Positions 54,971 to 59,617 of a DNA stretch of 59,617 nt are shown here, piece after piece; the stretch's first letter is position 1, and every line of letters begins with the position of its first letter. The notes beneath the pieces were generated by a model. It ran no database searches, was not told the DNA's origin, and saw only the letters and a program-made list of their open reading frames with translations. Both the position numbers and the translations under genes were made by a program. Source of the DNA: a virus (lineage: Duplodnaviria > Caudoviricetes); the IMG/VR virus record IMGVR_UViG_3300032285_001005, positions 1 through 59,617 of that record, one strand, 5' to 3'.

Positions 54971-55830
54971 TACGTGTACTCCCAAACGCGGATCACGCCT
55001 TGCGCCCCTACGTTACCAACCCAGTTGCTGCCGCTATTGCCACCTGAAGGCCCTCCGGCTCCACCGCCGTAGTTAACACCATTATTACCAGCAGCATTTG
55101 AACTTCCTTTTCCGCCACCGCCAAATATGCTGTTGCCGCCGTTGCCACCAAACCCGCTGCTGCTTAAAGATGCATTACCACCGGGGCCACCACTGAAATT
55201 AAAATCACCGCCCGAACCAACCCCCCCAGCCGAACCCGGACTTGCATTTGTATTTGACGAACCGCCGCCAACACCACCCGCTGCGGTAATCGTAGTTGCG
55301 CTTACAGTAAATGTAGTGCTGCCACCCGTACCGCCAGCACTTGGACCTGAAGAGTTGCCAGCAGTTCCAGCTGCACCAATCGCATATGTGTAGGAAGTTG
55401 ATCCAGTTACAGTAAAATATTTAGAAGAATAACCACCGCCTCCACCGCCACCAGAGGCAGATGGACTACCCGCATTTCCGCCGCTTCCCCCGCCAGCACC
55501 AACACATTCAACATAAATTGAAGTGCAGTTTGATGGAGTTGTATAAGATGTGCCGGAAGTAAGGATTTGTGGTGCGCGAATAAGAGAACCTGTAGCTGAA
55601 AGCGTTGCCCATACTGGGGCAGCACCCGCACCAGCAGATTGCAAATACTGTCCTGACGTACCCTGTGACGCAGACATTGGAGCAATAACCCATGCAGAGC
55701 CATTGTATGTTTCAAGCTGAATTGTGGTCGTATTAAACCCAGTCTGCCCTTGGTTTGGGGAAGCTGGACGGGTTGCTGTCGTCCACGTTGGGAACGTCTC
55801 ACCATTTTGACCGTTTAGGATAATGCTCAT
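54970..55830 (-). CDS. Glycine-rich tail fibre protein
   Basis: VGAGGGSGG...GGGGGGY...GAQGVIRVWEY. Confidence 0.75.
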   Translation of the reverse strand: MSIILNGQNGETFPTWTTATRPASPNQGQTGFNTTTIQLETYNGSAWVIAPMSASQGTSGQYLQSAGAGAAPVWATLSATGSLIRAPQILTSGTSYTTPSNCTSIYVECVGAGGGSGGNAGSPSASGGGGGGGYSSKYFTVTGSTSYTYAIGAAGTAGNSSGPSAGGTGGSTTFTVSATTITAAGGVGGGSSNTNASPGSAGGVGSGGDFNFSGGPGGNASLSSSGFGGNGGNSIFGGGGKGSSNAAGNNGVNYGGGAGGPSGGNSGSNWVGNVGAQGVIRVWEYT

Positions 55831-55997
55831 TCTGCGGCTCCAATGGTAAGTTTGCCTTCTGCAACCAATTGCATGATGGCGGCATAGTCAGAGTTGGCGG
55901 GGTCTAATGGGACGAACGAAGTCACGCCGTTGATGTCAACACGGATGCCCATATGATCGCCATTCGTATTATTATAATATTGTGCGTTCTCATACAT
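55827..55997 (-). CDS. Tail fibre chaperone-like protein (56 aa, not in the ORF track)
   Basis: MYENAQYY...FVPLDPANSDYAAI; ATGA coupling. Confidence 0.75.
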   Translation of the reverse strand: MYENAQYYNNTNGDHMGIRVDINGVTSFVPLDPANSDYAAIMQLVAEGKLTIGAAE

Positions 55998-55999
55998 AA

Positions 56000-57163
56000 T
56001 TATAATTCCGCATTAGCTGAAAGTTGGCCGTTATATTGAAGAGGAAATCCTACTGTAGCAGACGTAACAGCGGATAATTCAGAAAATGTATTATATATTG
56101 TTGAGCCAAAACCAGAAAATGTTGCCGAAGCGGTTGCGCTTACCGTTGAAATATAAAAAGTATTACTTGTACCACCAGCAGTAACGGTTGGCGCAGCCCT
56201 CATAGGAACCGGAAACGTACCAAATACGTTTGCAGCTGTTGCGCCATACATTGATCCAGTAAGACCCCCACCCCTTGATGTATTAGATGGATTAGTTAAT
56301 ACAAAATACCGCTGACAATCAGCCAACTGCTTGCTGTATAATGGCCGTTCAAATGGTGTGGCTACAGAGCCTTGTTCAAGTTGGACGCTTGTGATGTAGA
56401 AGGTTGCGCCGGATGTGCCGACTACGGATACTGCGCCAGTCGCTGAATAATATAAAGTAGATGACCAAGAACCAGCCGTACCACTGACAGATGATCCCGC
56501 TCCAAGACTAAAGTGGATTTCACCCCAACCTGAACCAGTATTTCCTACCCAAGTACCAGATGTATCACCGGCAATTGTAAGAGAAATAGTGGTCCAAGTA
56601 TTGGCAGACGGGACTGAGTAGCTAAATGGGTAAGACCTTGTTCCCGCGTAATTATAGATAGCACCACCAAACGTACCCGTTAAGGAAGAATAAACAAGAA
56701 AAGAAAGCGTTACTGTTTTGGCAGAAGCAGTACCCCACCCCAAATCTGCCGCGTTAAATCCTTCTATTGGTTGCCTGATGCTGAAAAAATCAGTGCTTGT
56801 AACAGAATATGGAGACTGTGATGTAAGGCCAAGATAGTTTGGGAAACCTACAGGCGTTGTTACAGAGCCTTGATTTTGTTGCGCATTAAATTTTGCAGTT
56901 TGGGTTGAATTATATTGCCAACGATCTACCGTATATGACCCAGATGTTAAATTGGCGGCAGAGATAGCAGCACCCGCATTTCGCTGGTCAATTACCATAT
57001 TCCCATTTATAATACGGTTCCGCAGAAACGACGACGACCCATACGGCATACCCGTAGCAACAAGGTTTGCGCCTCCTGTGACGTTACCTGCCGTGTCCAA
57101 CGTGATGTTGGCGGTGGAGGATGAGGCGTTCTGGATGACGGTGGTGTTTAATGTAGCGACCAT
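56000..57163 (-). CDS. Tail fibre protein with carbohydrate-binding-like domain
   Basis: RNRIINGNMVIDQR...VQLEQGSVATPFE...LADCQRYF...PMRAAPTV. Confidence 0.8.
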   Translation of the reverse strand: MVATLNTTVIQNASSSTANITLDTAGNVTGGANLVATGMPYGSSSFLRNRIINGNMVIDQRNAGAAISAANLTSGSYTVDRWQYNSTQTAKFNAQQNQGSVTTPVGFPNYLGLTSQSPYSVTSTDFFSIRQPIEGFNAADLGWGTASAKTVTLSFLVYSSLTGTFGGAIYNYAGTRSYPFSYSVPSANTWTTISLTIAGDTSGTWVGNTGSGWGEIHFSLGAGSSVSGTAGSWSSTLYYSATGAVSVVGTSGATFYITSVQLEQGSVATPFERPLYSKQLADCQRYFVLTNPSNTSRGGGLTGSMYGATAANVFGTFPVPMRAAPTVTAGGTSNTFYISTVSATASATFSGFGSTIYNTFSELSAVTSATVGFPLQYNGQLSANAEL

Positions 57164-57166
57164 GTC

Positions 57167-57436
57167 TTATGCCTTTGGATACTTGGTTTTAACGGCCTGA
57201 CAAGCAGCAATGTATGCGGCAATCTGTTCTTGATCGCCCTTCACAATGCCGTCCAGATAGTCACGAAAATCAGGGTATTCAGCGGCGCGTTTGGCCTTAT
57301 ACGCATTAGGGTCAACCCAAGCATTAACGGCGTTCATGTCAATGGCAACTTTGTTTCCATCAATGTCAAACGCGCCTTCTCCGTCATCAACGGTTATGAC
57401 ATTTGGATATAAAGCATATATAGCGGCGTGATTCAT
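57167..57436 (-). CDS. Tail fibre chaperone-like protein
   Basis: YKAKRAAEYP...LD...AVKTKYPK. Confidence 0.7.
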   Translation of the reverse strand: MNHAAIYALYPNVITVDDGEGAFDIDGNKVAIDMNAVNAWVDPNAYKAKRAAEYPDFRDYLDGIVKGDQEQIAAYIAACQAVKTKYPKA

Positions 57437-57969
57437 GCTGCTATCTCCATCACAGTAATAGTTGAGGCGGTTCTGCTATAGACCGTAGTGTCTGAATCAG
57501 TTGTGGTCCTATTTACATAACCCGTTGAGCTATTGACACGCATTTGAAGTTTATAGGTAACAGATGATGTAGTAGAGGGAGAATCAAGGTAAATAGGCGT
57601 TGCCATAGCAACGCCATCTGCCGCAGCAGTGTAAAGATTTGTTGTTGCCTGAATACGTGTTGATGCCGCATCACCAATGTCAATTGCTGTAGAATTTCGC
57701 ACAAGTTGAATCATTGACTGGACCACAGTTGAGGAACCAGTTCCATTTATACTTGCCATAACTAATATTTTGCTTGTTGTTGAAGTTGGCGTGATGCTAA
57801 CAGACAACCCCGTTATATCTGTGAAGGAAGTAGAAGATGTAGAAAACGTATCTGTTTTATTTACCGTCACAACCTGCAATACTTTTGATGAAGCACTTTG
57901 CGTCGCAGATGTGCCGCCAGCACCTACTGGAAATGATACGCCATTGGTTCCGTCAACGATTACGGTCAT
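57433..57969 (-). CDS. Short tail fibre / receptor-binding protein
   Basis: KVLQVV...ITPTSTTSKILV...LDSPSTTSSVTYKLQ...STITVMEIAA. Confidence 0.75.
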   Translation of the reverse strand: MTVIVDGTNGVSFPVGAGGTSATQSASSKVLQVVTVNKTDTFSTSSTSFTDITGLSVSITPTSTTSKILVMASINGTGSSTVVQSMIQLVRNSTAIDIGDAASTRIQATTNLYTAAADGVAMATPIYLDSPSTTSSVTYKLQMRVNSSTGYVNRTTTDSDTTVYSRTASTITVMEIAA

Positions 57970-57970
57970 G

Positions 57971-58171
57971 TTATGCTCCTACCAAGGAGTTGATTTGAGC
58001 AGTTAAAGTAGCTAGTCGCGCCTGTAACTCAGCAAGAGTTGGGGCAGCGGGTTGTGCTGGCTGTGAAGCAAGCCACTCCTGATACTGAGCTTGTGCGGCA
58101 TCCATCTCTTCTTGAGTGAGATCAATCACTTTTTGTTCGCCAGTGATTACATTTACTTCAATGCGTTGCAT
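57971..58171 (-). CDS. Tail fibre chaperone-like protein
   Basis: RIEVNVITGE...DLTQEE...PTLAELQA. Confidence 0.65.
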   Translation of the reverse strand: MQRIEVNVITGEQKVIDLTQEEMDAAQAQYQEWLASQPAQPAAPTLAELQARLATLTAQINSLVGA

Positions 58172-58176
58172 GTTTC

Positions 58177-58785
58177 TTACTCGTAAAGAATGTTGATGGA
58201 GCCAGCGTCAAAAGTGTCACTACCATTAGCCGTACCAATTTGAACTTGTGTAAGTACACCCGCCAAAGGTTTTGAACCAGAATAGTAATAAGATGTGGCG
58301 GTTCCTGAAGCATCACTCCGACCCGTCTGAGAAACACAAACCCATGTGTTTCCTGAAAAGTTTACTATCTCTGCTCTGCCGTGAAGAATAGTTGCCGCAG
58401 ACAGTTCTGTAGCTGGTGTAACAAGAAATGAAGTAGTTGGATTACTAGCACTCGACCCACTCTGAGAATCACTAGCACCTAGATAACCCGTGGTTTCTAC
58501 CCCACCTGATGGCCCAATAAGTATTTTATACCCGCTTGTTCCGCTAGTGCTGACAGCGTAAAACATCACGGTAATACGTTTTACCCAAGATGGTATGCCA
58601 GTAAAAGTGATAGTCGTTCCAGATGTAGAAGCGACCGCCGTGCTTTGCACAATATTCGTAGACACACCCTGCACCGCAACCGTACCCGTTCCCGATGGGA
58701 CCGTGATGACGCTGCTTCCCGCTACTGCTGGAACGGTAAGTTGGACTGAGCCGCTTGTGTCGCCGTTAAGGGTAATGGATGACAT
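58177..58785 (-). CDS. Short tail fibre / receptor-binding protein
   Basis: LNGDTSGSV...FTGIPSWVKRITV...DTFDAGSINILYE. Confidence 0.75.
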   Translation of the reverse strand: MSSITLNGDTSGSVQLTVPAVAGSSVITVPSGTGTVAVQGVSTNIVQSTAVASTSGTTITFTGIPSWVKRITVMFYAVSTSGTSGYKILIGPSGGVETTGYLGASDSQSGSSASNPTTSFLVTPATELSAATILHGRAEIVNFSGNTWVCVSQTGRSDASGTATSYYYSGSKPLAGVLTQVQIGTANGSDTFDAGSINILYE

Positions 58786-58789
58786 GATC

Positions 58790-59362
58790 TTACTCGTAAA
58801 GGATGTTGGCCGAACCAGTTGCGCTGAACGTATCGGTGCTAAGAAGGGTTACTTTAACAGCAGAAAGTGCAGCGCCAAGGCTTATATACCCTGAAAAATT
58901 GGCTAACTGGTTAACGCCAGACGAACCAGAAGAAGAAATTCCCGATACAGTCCAATAATTTCCCCCTGCGTTAACAAATGTAAACGTAGCCATTTGTGGG
59001 TTGTATGCTTCAACATTGAAATACGTGCTTGAAACAAGAGAAATTGCAGTGGCTGCCGATAAAGAAAGCCCATTATATCCCGTTGCCGCATAAGTTGGGG
59101 TTGAACCTGTGCCAAGGGTAATAGAATAATTGCCACTTGCAAATGTTCCGTTAAGCCCAGCAAGGGCCAATGTAACCCTTTTTGCATATGAAGGTATGTT
59201 GATAAAACTAAATGTATTTGACCCACTGGTTGGCGTAACAGCAGTTCCAGAAAACAACACTGGGTTGTATTGCGTACCATTGGTTTGAAAAGCAAACGTG
59301 CCACTATTGTCGGGTGTTACGACCAAACCAGATGAGGTGGAAGCGTTAAGAATTAAGGTCAT
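58790..59362 (-). CDS. Short tail fibre / receptor-binding protein, paralogue of 58177..58785
   Basis: FINIPSYAKRVTL...DTFSATGSANILYE. Confidence 0.72.
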   Translation of the reverse strand: MTLILNASTSSGLVVTPDNSGTFAFQTNGTQYNPVLFSGTAVTPTSGSNTFSFINIPSYAKRVTLALAGLNGTFASGNYSITLGTGSTPTYAATGYNGLSLSAATAISLVSSTYFNVEAYNPQMATFTFVNAGGNYWTVSGISSSGSSGVNQLANFSGYISLGAALSAVKVTLLSTDTFSATGSANILYE

Positions 59363-59617
59363 AGTACCACCCACTTGCTACCGCCGGGGACCGTAACCGT
59401 GACACCAGAAGCCACTGAAATTGGCCCTGCTGATACTGCGCTGCTGCCAGACGGAATTGAATACGATGTAGATACTGATTGGCTATTTACAAAAAACGGC
59501 CCTGTGTTGACCAGAGCGCCAGCCGAGCTAATCAGAGGAATTGTACCGGAGGCTGCTTGAAGCGTCAGCGTCTGAGTTCCTGCCACTGCTGGAGGATTGA
59601 CTGTGACCTGACCGCTG
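59359..59617 (-). CDS. 3' part of the junction-spanning tail fibre adaptor-like protein
   Basis: C-terminus NSQSVSTSYSIP...GPISVASGVTVTVPGGSKWVVL is similar to the C-terminus of 152..973. Confidence 0.8.
   Translation of the reverse strand, partial: SGQVTVNPPAVAGTQTLTLQAASGTIPLISSAGALVNTGPFFVNSQSVSTSYSIPSGSSAVSAGPISVASGVTVTVPGGSKWVVL
59495..59617. repeat. Terminal overlap, identical to 1-123
   Basis: Exact match to the window start. Confidence 0.95.

Noticed and set aside
54725-59617. Diversity-generating retroelement or invertible fibre locus
   Set aside because: No reverse transcriptase or invertase, no TR/VR pair seen, and all genes are on one strand

Overview
The window is an apparently complete, circularly assembled tailed dsDNA phage genome. 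Bases 1-123 are identical to 59495-59617 and a gene reads through the join, so the unit length is about 59,494 bp. The gene set and order resemble the HTVC023P-type podovirus-like phages of aquatic Alphaproteobacteria; this is recognition from memory, not a search result. Minus-strand late region: HNH, TerL, portal, SLT protein, holin-like genes, GroES, scaffold, major capsid, small basic proteins, adaptors, a long array of tail-fibre and chaperone genes, nozzle, ejection proteins and endolysin. Replication block: PolA with Leu762, UvrD-like helicase, primase, SSB-like protein, SNF2 helicase. Plus-strand early region: many small genes. I found no integrase, tRNA, CRISPR array or reverse transcriptase. 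Most unusual observations: (1) a perfect chromosomal parS site with no ParA/ParB gene, alongside a split HicA-like/HicB-like pair, IHF sites and a DnaA domain-IV protein, which suggests host-ParB-assisted extrachromosomal persistence; (2) a three-hairpin 3'-UTR sRNA candidate with anti-Shine-Dalgarno loops, one resembling the 16S rRNA 3' tail; (3) a genome-wide TGRCA/TGYCA motif that concentrates as palindromes in an 880-bp non-coding region between terL and terS; (4) a strand-polarised 7-bp tandem repeat; (5) an AAA+/vWA operon apparently purged of CCGG, GCCG and GANTC; (6) a shared hydrophobic-x-x-GG peptide tag in small basic and ejection proteins. Protein calls come from motif recognition only, and motif counts are manual.
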